Positions 1 to 8,938 of a stretch of DNA of 64,000 nt are shown here, in pieces. Each line of letters begins with the position of its first letter. Position 1 is the first letter of the stretch. Location: assembly GCA_045533905.1 (NCBI GenBank), contig JAZSIR010000011.1, forward strand, positions 1 to 64,000. Reading direction: 5' to 3'. Under the pieces are notes generated by a model. That model saw only the letters and a list, made by a program, of their open reading frames with translations. It had not been told where the DNA came from and did no database searches. Origin of the DNA: Clostridia bacterium (lineage in GTDB: Bacteria > Bacillota > Clostridia > UMGS1883 > UMGS1540). The translations under genes were made by a program, and so were the position numbers.

Positions 1-135
1 TTACAACAATGAAAGAATACAACTTAAAACAAAACTGACACCGCTTGAAAAACGATGTCAGTATGTTGCTTAAAATTTAATATTGTTTACCATAGGGTGC
101 TTTTTTGTGTTGTCTGCACAAATTGGTGCAGTTCA
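1..135 (+). mobile_element. Right end of an IS3-family (IS150-like) insertion sequence, truncated by the window edge
   Basis: Frame 2..73 reads YNNERIQLKTKLTPLEKRCQYVA*, a typical IS3 OrfB transposase C-terminus (YN..RI..K...P...R). The segment ends ...GTCTGCACAAATTGGTGCAGTTCA at 135; its reverse complement TGAACTGCAC is an IS3/IS150-type TG..CA terminal repeat. Confidence 0.75.
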
Positions 136-157
136 TTTTGCAGTCGCTTTTTTCTGT

Positions 158-2608
158 TTACATTTCCAAGACAGGATAGCCTGCCGCTTCCACCGCTTCG
201 CGAAGGGTGGCATCGGAAACCTCTTTCGAGAGTGTTACGGTGGCCGTGCCGTTTTCGTGGCTGCATACGGCTTTCGTAACGCCGTCAATTTCCTCGAGGC
301 ACTTTTGCACTCTCGCCTCGCAATGCGGGCACATCATACCTTCCACCTTCAGTATTTTTTCCATGTTTTCTGTCTCCTTTTCTTTATTTTGCAATTTCAA
401 AAAGTTTAAGCGAAGGGCGTTGGACACGACCGAGAAGCTCGAAATGCTCATTGCCGCCGCACCAAGCATTGGCGAAAGAGTTATACCCCAGATGGGGTAC
501 AAAGCGCCTGCTGCGACCGGAATACCAATGATATTATAGATAAACGCCCAGAAAAGATTTTCTCGAATATTTCGAAGTACGCCGCGACCAAGGCGGATAG
601 CACCTACTACGTCTAAAAGTGTGCTTTTTGTAAGCACGACATCTGCCGCCTCTATGGCAATATCTGTGCCGCGACCAATTGCTACACCAAGGTTTGCCGC
701 GGTGAGCGCAGGGGCATCGTTTATGCCATCCCCCACCATCGCCACGTGCCCTTTTTCCGAAAGGGTGCGGATCGTCTCTTCTTTTTCTGCCGGCATAAGA
801 GCTGCAAAAACTTCGTCTATGCCCACGCTTTCCGCCACGGCTTTTGCCGTCTTTTCCGTATCACCCGTGAGCATCACGGTACGAATGCCCATTTTTCGAA
901 GTGCATCTATCGCGGCGGCACTATCTTCTCGCACCATATCGCGTACCGCTAAAATGCCGCAGATTTTCCCGTCTTTTGTGAGGAAAAGCGGTGTTTTACC
1001 GGCGTCGGTCAGCCGCTGTACATGTTCTTCTATCTTTACAATAGAATCCGTTTTCGAAACAAAGCGCAAGTTTCCCAAAAGAAGCGCACTTCCGTTTACG
1101 CGTGCGGATACGCCGCCGCCCGGCAGCACCTCGAAATTTTCTGTATCAAGAGGAGAAAGACCTCTTTCTTTGGCCGCTTCACAAATCGCGATCGCAACAG
1201 GGTGCTCGCTTTTATGCTCGAGTGCATATGCGAGCGTTAAAATTTCTGTCTCTTCTATATCTCCCACGGGGAGAATGTCGGTCAAAACAGGATGTCCCTT
1301 TGTAATTGTGCCTGTTTTATCAAAAGCAACCGTGCGAATGCGCCCTGCTTCCTCGAGCGCCGCTGCCGTTTTGAAAAGAATGCCGCTTTTCGCCCCCACG
1401 CCGCTCCCAACCATGATAGCCACGGGCGTGGCAAGTCCCAGCGCGCACGGGCAGCTGATGACCAAAACGGAAATGGCTTTTGTGAGAGCAAACCCGATAT
1501 CTTTCCCAAAAAGAAGCCAAAGCGCCGCCGTACAAACGGCTATACCGAGCACGACCGGCACAAAAATGCCGGATACGCGGTCTGCCATTTTCGCAATGGG
1601 CGCACGCGTCATCGTCGCATCCGAAACCATCTGGATAATTTTAGAAAGCGTGGTATCTTCGCCTACGCCCGTAGCGCGGCAAAGAAGATACCCTGTGCGG
1701 CACACGGTGCCGGCGGAAACTGCCGCGCCCGCTTCCTTTTCCACAGGCATACTCTCGCCCGTAAGCGCCGATTCATCCACGCTGCCGTGCCCTTCTTCGA
1801 TACGACCGTCCACCGGCACCGCGGCACCCGATTTTACAATGAACAAATCCCCTACACGAAGTGTCTCAACCGCCACCTCTTTCTCGTTCCCGTTTTCGAG
1901 GACAACGGCGGTGCGCGGTGCCATCTCCATAAGGCTTTTTATGGCGTTTGTCGTTTTGCCTTTGGCGCGCGCCTCGAGCATCTTGCCGACGGTAATGAGC
2001 ACCAGAATCATCGCCGCCGATTCAAAGTATAACCCGTGCACAATCTCGTGCACATTTTCTGCCCTTGTCATCTGAAATACAAGAAAGGTACTATATAGGA
2101 AGGATACGCCACTACCGAGGGCGACGAGCGTATCCATATTCGGCGCCCTTTTTATAAGTCCGCGTACGCCGTTTATGAAGAATTTTTGATTTATGACAAG
2201 GACTGCCGCAGACAAAAGAAGCTCCAAAAGCGCAATTGCCAATGGATTTTCCGTAAAAAACGGCGGCAAGGGAAGCGCAAGCATCATATGCCCCATAGAT
2301 ACGTACATAAGAACAAGAAGAAATACGAGCGAAACCCACAGGCGACGAGCAATCATCGGCGTTTCGCGGTCAGAAAGCTCCTCTTTTTCTGCCGACGGCT
2401 TTTTTTCTTTTCCAAAAGGCACGGCACCGTACCCTGCCGCTTCCACAGCGCGGATCACCTCCGCCTCCCCTGCGTCCCCTTCTAAAACCATCGAATTTGT
2501 CAGAAGGTTTACGGCGCAAGAAGTAACGCCTTCTACGGCGGACACCGCTTTTTCCACTCTTGCGCTGCACGCCGCGCAGTGCATGCCTGTTACTTTATAT
2601 TTTTGCAT
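158..2608 (-). CDS. copA: Copper-translocating P1B-type ATPase with N- and C-terminal HMA domains
   Basis: GMHCAAC at the N-terminus; TGES, CPC, DKTGT, GDGINDAP, YN and MxxSS motifs; C-terminal GMMCPHC. Start MQKY at 2608 follows a GGAGG RBS. Confidence 0.95.
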   Translation of the reverse strand: MQKYKVTGMHCAACSARVEKAVSAVEGVTSCAVNLLTNSMVLEGDAGEAEVIRAVEAAGYGAVPFGKEKKPSAEKEELSDRETPMIARRLWVSLVFLLVLMYVSMGHMMLALPLPPFFTENPLAIALLELLLSAAVLVINQKFFINGVRGLIKRAPNMDTLVALGSGVSFLYSTFLVFQMTRAENVHEIVHGLYFESAAMILVLITVGKMLEARAKGKTTNAIKSLMEMAPRTAVVLENGNEKEVAVETLRVGDLFIVKSGAAVPVDGRIEEGHGSVDESALTGESMPVEKEAGAAVSAGTVCRTGYLLCRATGVGEDTTLSKIIQMVSDATMTRAPIAKMADRVSGIFVPVVLGIAVCTAALWLLFGKDIGFALTKAISVLVISCPCALGLATPVAIMVGSGVGAKSGILFKTAAALEEAGRIRTVAFDKTGTITKGHPVLTDILPVGDIEETEILTLAYALEHKSEHPVAIAICEAAKERGLSPLDTENFEVLPGGGVSARVNGSALLLGNLRFVSKTDSIVKIEEHVQRLTDAGKTPLFLTKDGKICGILAVRDMVREDSAAAIDALRKMGIRTVMLTGDTEKTAKAVAESVGIDEVFAALMPAEKEETIRTLSEKGHVAMVGDGINDAPALTAANLGVAIGRGTDIAIEAADVVLTKSTLLDVVGAIRLGRGVLRNIRENLFWAFIYNIIGIPVAAGALYPIWGITLSPMLGAAAMSISSFSVVSNALRLNFLKLQNKEKETENMEKILKVEGMMCPHCEARVQKCLEEIDGVTKAVCSHENGTATVTLSKEVSDATLREAVEAAGYPVLEM

Positions 2609-2619
2609 TGTTCTCCCTC

Positions 2620-2913
2620 CTACAGCATCTTCGATAAAAGATGCAAAAGTTCGTCTACTGTTTCCGACTTTCCTTCGCGAATATCCTCCGTTACACACGT
2701 TCGGATATGGCTTCCAAGTAGCTCACGCCCGAACGCGCGTATCGCCGCATCTGCAGCCGATACCTGTAAAAGAATATCCGGACAGTAGGCACTTTCCTCT
2801 ACCATGCGGCGAATGCCGCGAAGCTGGCCTTCGATGCGAGAAAGGCGGTTTAAAAGTGCCTTATATTCTTCCTCGCTTCGTCGCTTGATTTTATGACAAG
2901 TACAGTTTTCCAT
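2620..2913 (-). CDS. csoR: Copper-sensing repressor, CsoR family
   Basis: RLSRIEGQ..GI..M....YC.DIL.Q and H..TCV motifs; directly upstream of copA. Confidence 0.92.
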   Translation of the reverse strand: MENCTCHKIKRRSEEEYKALLNRLSRIEGQLRGIRRMVEESAYCPDILLQVSAADAAIRAFGRELLGSHIRTCVTEDIREGKSETVDELLHLLSKML

Positions 2914-2925
2914 ATTACCCTCCTT

Positions 2926-2975
2926 ATACCCTCTAGGGGTATTTTAAGTGTAACACAAAATGTATATGCTGTCAA
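2926..2975 (-). promoter_or_regulatory. csoR-copA SigA promoter with CsoR operator
   Basis: Minus strand TTGACA (2970-2975), 17 bp, TACACT (2947-2952). Pseudo-palindrome ATACCCTCTAGGGGTAT (2926-2942) has the C-tract/G-tract form of CsoR operators. Confidence 0.8.
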
Positions 2976-3056
2976 GTTTTTTTATCTTCCAAAAAGCATT
3001 TACAAAAAGGTGGCGATATGATACACTTATTATAGAAGATAAAGGAGGCCACGAAT

Positions 3057-3746
3057 ATGAAACTTTTCGGACTGCAAAAGCTGACGCTTTTAGATTTTCC
3101 GGGGCACACCGCCTGCACTGTGTTTACAGGCGGATGCAATTTCCGTTGCCCGTTTTGCCATAATGCCCCGCTTGTCACGGAACTTTCGGAGGCATCCGTT
3201 ATGGAAGAAGACGAGTTTTTCTCCTTTTTGGAAACGCGGCGGGGAATCCTCGACGGCGTATGCATCACCGGCGGCGAACCCCTTATGCAAAAGGATATCC
3301 CGGATTTCATCGAAAAAATCAAAAATATGGGTTTTTTGGTAAAGCTCGATACAAACGGCTCTTTTCCTGACCGTCTTGAAAGTCTTATCGAGCGCGGCCT
3401 TTTAGACTTTGTGGCGATGGATATTAAGAACAGCCTCGAAAAATACAGCCTCACCGTAGGGTGCGAAACTGACCTTTCCGCCATCGAAAAGAGCATTGAC
3501 CTGCTTCTTTCCGGCAAAGTGGACTATGAGTTTCGCACAACAGTGGTAAAAGAGCTCCATACGGAGGAAGATATCGAGAAAATAGCCACAAGAATTTGTG
3601 GAGCAAAGCATTTTTACCTACAAAATTTTGTGGATTCGGGTAATTTAATCGGACATGGTCTTTCCGCCCACAGCGAAGAAAATATGATAAGAATGCGGTC
3701 TCGCGCCGCTGCCCTCCTTAAAAACGTGTCCGTTCGGGGTATTTAA
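3057..3746 (+). CDS. nrdG: Anaerobic ribonucleotide reductase activating radical-SAM enzyme
   Basis: CNFRCPFCHN radical SAM motif, GGEP, DTNG; adjacent to nrdD; GGAGG RBS. Confidence 0.92.
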   Translation: MKLFGLQKLTLLDFPGHTACTVFTGGCNFRCPFCHNAPLVTELSEASVMEEDEFFSFLETRRGILDGVCITGGEPLMQKDIPDFIEKIKNMGFLVKLDTNGSFPDRLESLIERGLLDFVAMDIKNSLEKYSLTVGCETDLSAIEKSIDLLLSGKVDYEFRTTVVKELHTEEDIEKIATRICGAKHFYLQNFVDSGNLIGHGLSAHSEENMIRMRSRAAALLKNVSVRGI

Positions 3747-3812
3747 GCACAATATATATAGTTTTTTCTTGACAAAACACCATATATATGGTATAATAAC
3801 CACATATTCTAC
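3747..3812 (+). promoter_or_regulatory. nrdD SigA promoter overlapped by NrdR-box-like motifs
   Basis: TTGACA (3769-3774), 17 bp, TATAAT (3792-3797). Palindrome ACCATATATATGGT (3779-3792) and CACAATATATATAGT (3748-3762) resemble the NrdR box acaCwAtATaTwGtg. Confidence 0.7.
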
Positions 3813-3832
3813 TAGAGAAGGAGAACAACGAT

Positions 3833-6199
3833 ATGTATGATGTAATCAAAAGAGACGGCAAAACCGTTGATTTTAAGCTTTCTAAAATCGGCGGCGCCAT
3901 ACAGCAGGCTTTTGACGCTTGCGAAAAGCAGTATAATTCCGACATCATTGACTTTTTGGCTCTAAAAGTTACGGCAGAATTCGAGCCGAAAATTACAAAT
4001 AACCACATTACGGTTGAAGCCATTCAGGACAGTGTGGAATCCGTTCTTATCAAGGCCGGATATGACGAAGTTGCAAAGGCATACATTCTCTACCGTAAGC
4101 AGAGAGAAAAAATCCGTAACCTCAGCGCAACGCTTCTCGACTACAAGGACATTGTAAACAATTACCTCCACATCAACGACTGGCGCGTGAAGGAAAACTC
4201 CACCGTTACGTATTCCGTTGGTGGTCTCATTTTAAGTAACTCCGGCGCCATCACCGCAAACTACTGGCTGAGCGAAGTGTATGACGATGAAATCGGCGAA
4301 GCACACAGAAATGCCGACATTCATATTCATGACCTTTCCATGCTGACGGGGTACTGCGCAGGCTGGTCCTTAAAGCAGCTGATTCAGGAAGGCCTCGGCG
4401 GCGTTTCCGGCAAGATTACCTCGGCTCCCGCAAAGCATCTTGCAACGCTCTGCAACCAGATGGTAAACTTCCTCGGTATTATGCAAAACGAATGGGCAGG
4501 CGCACAGGCGTTCTCCTCGTTTGACACATACCTCGCCCCGTTTGTAAAGGCGGACAACCTCCCCTATGACCAGGTGAAGAAGTGCATCGAATCCTTCGTG
4601 TACGGTGTAAACACACCGAGCCGCTGGGGTACACAGGCACCCTTCTCCAACATCACGCTCGACTGGGTAGTACCGAACGACCTTGCAGAACTCAACTGCA
4701 TCATCGGCGGCAAGGAAGCGGACTTTAAGTACAAGGATTGCCAGAAGGAAATGGATATGGTAAACCGTGCATTCATCGAAATTATGATTGACGGTGACGC
4801 CAACGGCCGCGGCTTCCAGTACCCGATTCCCACCTACTCCATCACACGCGACTTTGACTGGTCCGATACAGAAAACAACCGTCTTCTCTTTGAGATGACT
4901 TCGAAATATGGTACGCCCTATTTCTCCAACTACATCAACAGCGATATGGAACCGAGCGATGTTCGCAGTATGTGCTGCAGACTTCGTCTTGACCTTCGCG
5001 AGCTCCGCAAAAAGAGCGGCGGCTTCTTCGGCAGCGGCGAAAGCACCGGCAGCGTAGGCGTTGTTACGATTAATATGCCGCGCATCGCTTACCTTTCCCA
5101 GAACGAGCAGGATTTCTACCAGAAGCTCGACCGTCTTATGGACGTGGCGGCCCGCTCCCTCAAGGTAAAGCGTACCGTTATCACAAAGCTTCTTGACGCC
5201 GGTCTCTACCCCTACACAAAGCGTTACCTCGGCACCTTCAACAACCACTTCTCCACCATCGGTCTTGTCGGTATGAACGAAGCCTGCCTCAACGCTAAGT
5301 GGGTAGGCAATGACCTCACACAGAAAGATGCGCAGGAATTCACAAAGGAAGTTCTGAATCATATGCGTGAGCGTCTCTCCGATTATCAGGAGCAGTACGG
5401 TGACCTTTATAACCTTGAAGCAACGCCGGCAGAATCCACGGCCTTCCGTCTTGCAAAGCACGACGTGAAGAAGTACCCGGGCATTCGCACCGCTTCTGAC
5501 GGTACAGACGGCACTCCCTACTACACAAACAGCTCTCACCTTCCGGTAGGCTATACGGATGATATCTTCTCCGCCCTCGATATTCAGGACGAACTGCAGA
5601 CGCTGTACACCTCCGGTACTGTTTTCCACGCCTTCCTCGGCGAAAAGCTGCCGGATTGGAAAGCGGCTGCAACACTTGTTCGAAAGATCGCAGAAAACTA
5701 CAGTCTCCCGTACTACACACTCTCGCCCACCTATTCCGTATGTAAGAACCACGGCTACATTCCGGGCGAACAGTTCACCTGTCCCCAGTGTGGCGAGAAT
5801 ACGGAAGTATACAGCCGTATTACCGGTTACTACCGCCCGGTACAGAACTGGAACGACGGCAAGAGCCAGGAATACAAGGACAGACTTGTATATGACGTAT
5901 CCGGCGCTGCAGAAAGAGATCTGTCAAAGAAGGCAGAAGCCGCTCCCGAAGCTTCTTCCGCCTGCACCGCATCGGACGGCACATATCTCTTCACCACCGC
6001 CACCTGTCCGAACTGCAAAGTAGCTGCCGCAACACTCGAAAAGGCAGGCGTTGCCTTTGAAAAGCTTTTAGCAGACGAAAATGCAGAGCTTGCCACGGCG
6101 CTTGGCATAAAGCAAGCACCCACGCTCGCAATCGTTCGCGGCGGCGAAGTGGAAAAATACACAGGCGTTTCGGACATCAAAAAGTATCTGAAAGCATAA
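3833..6199 (+). CDS. nrdD: Class III (anaerobic) ribonucleoside-triphosphate reductase with N-terminal ATP cone and C-terminal glutaredoxin-like domain
   Basis: VIKRDG ATP cone, HIHDL, SMCCRL finger loop, EATPAES, CKNH..CPQC Zn site, YSRITGYY glycyl-radical motif, then an Ala-rich linker and TCPNC...QAPTL redoxin. Confidence 0.95.
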   Translation: MYDVIKRDGKTVDFKLSKIGGAIQQAFDACEKQYNSDIIDFLALKVTAEFEPKITNNHITVEAIQDSVESVLIKAGYDEVAKAYILYRKQREKIRNLSATLLDYKDIVNNYLHINDWRVKENSTVTYSVGGLILSNSGAITANYWLSEVYDDEIGEAHRNADIHIHDLSMLTGYCAGWSLKQLIQEGLGGVSGKITSAPAKHLATLCNQMVNFLGIMQNEWAGAQAFSSFDTYLAPFVKADNLPYDQVKKCIESFVYGVNTPSRWGTQAPFSNITLDWVVPNDLAELNCIIGGKEADFKYKDCQKEMDMVNRAFIEIMIDGDANGRGFQYPIPTYSITRDFDWSDTENNRLLFEMTSKYGTPYFSNYINSDMEPSDVRSMCCRLRLDLRELRKKSGGFFGSGESTGSVGVVTINMPRIAYLSQNEQDFYQKLDRLMDVAARSLKVKRTVITKLLDAGLYPYTKRYLGTFNNHFSTIGLVGMNEACLNAKWVGNDLTQKDAQEFTKEVLNHMRERLSDYQEQYGDLYNLEATPAESTAFRLAKHDVKKYPGIRTASDGTDGTPYYTNSSHLPVGYTDDIFSALDIQDELQTLYTSGTVFHAFLGEKLPDWKAAATLVRKIAENYSLPYYTLSPTYSVCKNHGYIPGEQFTCPQCGENTEVYSRITGYYRPVQNWNDGKSQEYKDRLVYDVSGAAERDLSKKAEAAPEASSACTASDGTYLFTTATCPNCKVAAATLEKAGVAFEKLLADENAELATALGIKQAPTLAIVRGGEVEKYTGVSDIKKYLKA

Positions 6200-6209
6200 G
6201 GAGCCTAAA

Positions 6210-7115
6210 ATGGTTGACATTATCATTGTTGGCGGTGGTCCTGCAGGACTCACCGCGGCAGTTTACGCAAGGCGCGCAGGCAAAAGCGTCCTTGTAATCG
6301 AAAAAGAAACCTTCGGCGGGCAGATTACCTTCTCGCCGAAGGTGGAAAATATTCCCGGCTTTGAAAGCATCTCCGGCAGCGCCTTTGCTGAAAAGCTCAC
6401 CGAGCAGGCTATGAATCAGGGCGCGGAAATGGAATGCGCGACAGTGCTTCGCATTGAGGATGGCCCCGTGAAAAAGGTAGTTACGGATGAGGGCGATTTT
6501 GAGGCCCGCGCCGTAATTCTTGCCACCGGCGCACGGCACCGCCTCCTCGGCATCCCGAATGAGGCTGACTATATTGGTGACGGTATTTCCTTCTGCGCCG
6601 TTTGTGACGGTGCCTTCTACAAAGGGCAGACCGTAGCCGTCGTTGGCGGCGGAAACTCGGCAATGCAGGAAGCACTTCTCCTTTCCGAGCTTTGCGAAAA
6701 AGTATACGTTCTGCAAAACCTCGAAGGCTTCACAGGCGAGAAAGCACTTGCCGACCAGCTCTTTGAAAAAGAGAATGTAGAAATTCACTTTGAGACCATC
6801 GTAGAAGAAATTATCGGTGACGGCACCTTCCGCGGTGTGCGCACAAAGAACACCCAAACAGGTGAAACCGCTGAAATTTCCGCAGACGGTATGTTCATTG
6901 CCATCGGTCTCGTACCGCAGAACGAACCGTTTTCCGATGTGCTCGTCTTAAACAGCTACGGCTATGCGGAAACGGATGCCGCGCAAAAAGGCGCGAAAGC
7001 CGGTATTTTTGTAGCAGGTGACTGCTGCAGCAAGAAAATCCGCCAGGTGGCTACAGCCGCTTCGGACGGCGCCATCGCGGCACTCTCCGCCTGCGACTAT
7101 ATTGACGCACTTTAA
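6210..7115 (+). CDS. trxB: Thioredoxin reductase-like flavoprotein
   Basis: GGGPAGL FAD site, ATG, CAVCD redox motif, GGGNSA, G.FVAGD; 10 bp downstream of nrdD. Confidence 0.88.
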   Translation: MVDIIIVGGGPAGLTAAVYARRAGKSVLVIEKETFGGQITFSPKVENIPGFESISGSAFAEKLTEQAMNQGAEMECATVLRIEDGPVKKVVTDEGDFEARAVILATGARHRLLGIPNEADYIGDGISFCAVCDGAFYKGQTVAVVGGGNSAMQEALLLSELCEKVYVLQNLEGFTGEKALADQLFEKENVEIHFETIVEEIIGDGTFRGVRTKNTQTGETAEISADGMFIAIGLVPQNEPFSDVLVLNSYGYAETDAAQKGAKAGIFVAGDCCSKKIRQVATAASDGAIAALSACDYIDAL

Positions 7116-7124
7116 AGATATAAC

Positions 7125-7157
7125 AAAAGGGACTCTCAAATTTGAGAGTCCCTTTTT
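7125..7157. terminator. Bidirectional intrinsic terminator
   Basis: AAAAGGGACTCTCAAA/TTTGAGAGTCCCTTTT inverted repeat between convergent genes. Confidence 0.85.
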
Positions 7158-7227
7158 ATATGCTTTTTATTACAAGTGGTGGAAAAGGCTTATAAATCAT
7201 AGTGTGATTTTTCACCTTATTCCCTTT

Positions 7228-7477
7228 TTACATATTGGATTTGAAGACGTCTGCAACTTCCGTGATGGTAATGAAGGCGTGCTCATCGATGCTGTGTACA
7301 AGCTCGCGCATCTTGGAAATCTGGAAACGGTCCAATATAAAACAGATGTCCGTCTTTTCCGTTTTGGAATAGCCGCCGCGCGTGGAAAGCTCCGTTGCGC
7401 TATTTTTTAGCGAACACAGCCGCCATACCTTCAATCCCATTAATCGTGCCGGCAAACCAAATGGCAAGGTTGCCGAC
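7228..7477 (-). pseudogene. Remnant of a YitT-family (DUF161/DUF2179) membrane protein gene
   Basis: One frame from 7477 reads VGNLAIWFAGTINGIEGMAAVFAKK*, like the YitT GG..DG.E...FAKK segment. It abuts another frame reading ATELSTRGGYSKTEK...ISKMRELVHSIDEHAFITITEVADVF*, the DUF2179 C-terminus. No N-terminus or start codon. Confidence 0.65.
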
Positions 7478-7487
7478 CTCTCTCTAC

Positions 7488-8927
7488 TTATTTTTTCCAA
7501 GTATAGGGGCTAAACAAAAGAAGCATCGGGAAAATCTCGAGCCTTCCTAGGAGCATACAGAAACTCATTACAAGCTTTGAAAGTGCAGAGAAGGAAGCAT
7601 AGTTCCCCATAGGGCCCACCATTCCGAGACCGGGGCCGATATTGTTGATTGTGGCTGCGATGGCCGTGAAATTCGTCGTAAAATCAAAGTTATCCAGCGT
7701 GATAATCAGCAGAGATGCCGCGAAAATACATACATATGCCGACATATATACGTTTACGCCGCGCACAGTTTCATGTTCCACCGTGCGCCCGTTCATCTTG
7801 AGCTTTAATGTGATTCTGGGATGCGCATAGGTGCGGATTTCTTTCACGATGCTTTTCAGCAAGATAATGATACGGGAAACCTTAATGCCGCCGCCTGTAC
7901 TCCCTGCGCATGCTCCTATAAACATGAGCGCTACCAAAATCGTTTTAGAAAGCTCCGGCCACAGATTAAAATCACACGTAGAATACCCCGTAGTTGTGAT
8001 AATAGACCCTACCGTAAACGCCGCATGGCGGAACGTTTCTTCCGCGTTTTCGAAAAGACTGCGACAATTCAAAAAGATGGTGAATACAGCGATAAAAATA
8101 ATGCCGAGGTACGTTCGAAGCTCACTGGACTTTAAAAAGGCACGCTTTTCTTTGAAAAACAAAATATAATACAGAGAGAAATCCACGCCGAACAAAATCA
8201 TAAATATGGTGATGATATACTGCGTATAGGGACTGTAGGAAGCGATGCTGGAATTCAGAATTCCAAAGCCGCCCGTGCCGGCCGTGCCAAACGAAAGGGT
8301 CATGGCGGTAAAAAGGTCATTCCCGTCGAGGAGCAAAAGACCCATCTCCAAAAGCGTAAATACAATATAGAGCATATATAAAAGCTTTGCCGTAGACTTT
8401 ACCTTCGGCACCAATTTCCCCACGGAGGGACCGGGGCTCTCTGCTTTTAAAAGATACAGGTTCCCACTTCCTGAAAGCGGCAAAATAGCCATCAAAAAGA
8501 CCAGAACGCCCATGCCGCCAAGCCAGTGGCTGAAGCTTCTCCACATAAGAAGGGATTTCGGCAGACGCTCTACATTCGTAAGAATAGAGGCACCTGTCGT
8601 TGTAAAGCCGGAAACAATTTCAAAAATCGCATCGGCAAAATTCGGGATTGCTCCCGAAATCAGAAACGGAAAGGCGCCGAACAAACTGAGCACGATCCAG
8701 CTCATTGCCACAGTCACAAAACCTTCTCTGGCATACATCGTCTTTGTTTCAGGCGTTCGGGCAGAAATAATGAACCCCGCAGCGCCGCAAAAAGCCATAC
8801 AAAGTAAGAATGTAAATATTTCGGCTGTTTCCCTGTACGAAACGGCGCAAAGTAGCGGCACGAGCATCGAAGCCGCCTCTATTTTCAGCACCCAGCCGAG
8901 GATATGTAAAATCATTCTGTAATTCAT
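7488..8927 (-). CDS. trkH: Trk K+ uptake membrane subunit
   Basis: SGFTTTGAS, WLGGMG, GTGGF, TTTGY, GSTGGGIK, NNIGPG, GRLEI motifs. Confidence 0.95.
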   Translation of the reverse strand: MNYRMILHILGWVLKIEAASMLVPLLCAVSYRETAEIFTFLLCMAFCGAAGFIISARTPETKTMYAREGFVTVAMSWIVLSLFGAFPFLISGAIPNFADAIFEIVSGFTTTGASILTNVERLPKSLLMWRSFSHWLGGMGVLVFLMAILPLSGSGNLYLLKAESPGPSVGKLVPKVKSTAKLLYMLYIVFTLLEMGLLLLDGNDLFTAMTLSFGTAGTGGFGILNSSIASYSPYTQYIITIFMILFGVDFSLYYILFFKEKRAFLKSSELRTYLGIIFIAVFTIFLNCRSLFENAEETFRHAAFTVGSIITTTGYSTCDFNLWPELSKTILVALMFIGACAGSTGGGIKVSRIIILLKSIVKEIRTYAHPRITLKLKMNGRTVEHETVRGVNVYMSAYVCIFAASLLIITLDNFDFTTNFTAIAATINNIGPGLGMVGPMGNYASFSALSKLVMSFCMLLGRLEIFPMLLLFSPYTWKK

Positions 8928-8938
8928 TGTTTTATCCT

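Noticed and set aside
621-2075. 484-aa + strand ORF; also the 460-aa ORF at 4370-5752 (-)
   Set aside because: Shadow ORFs opposite copA and nrdD.
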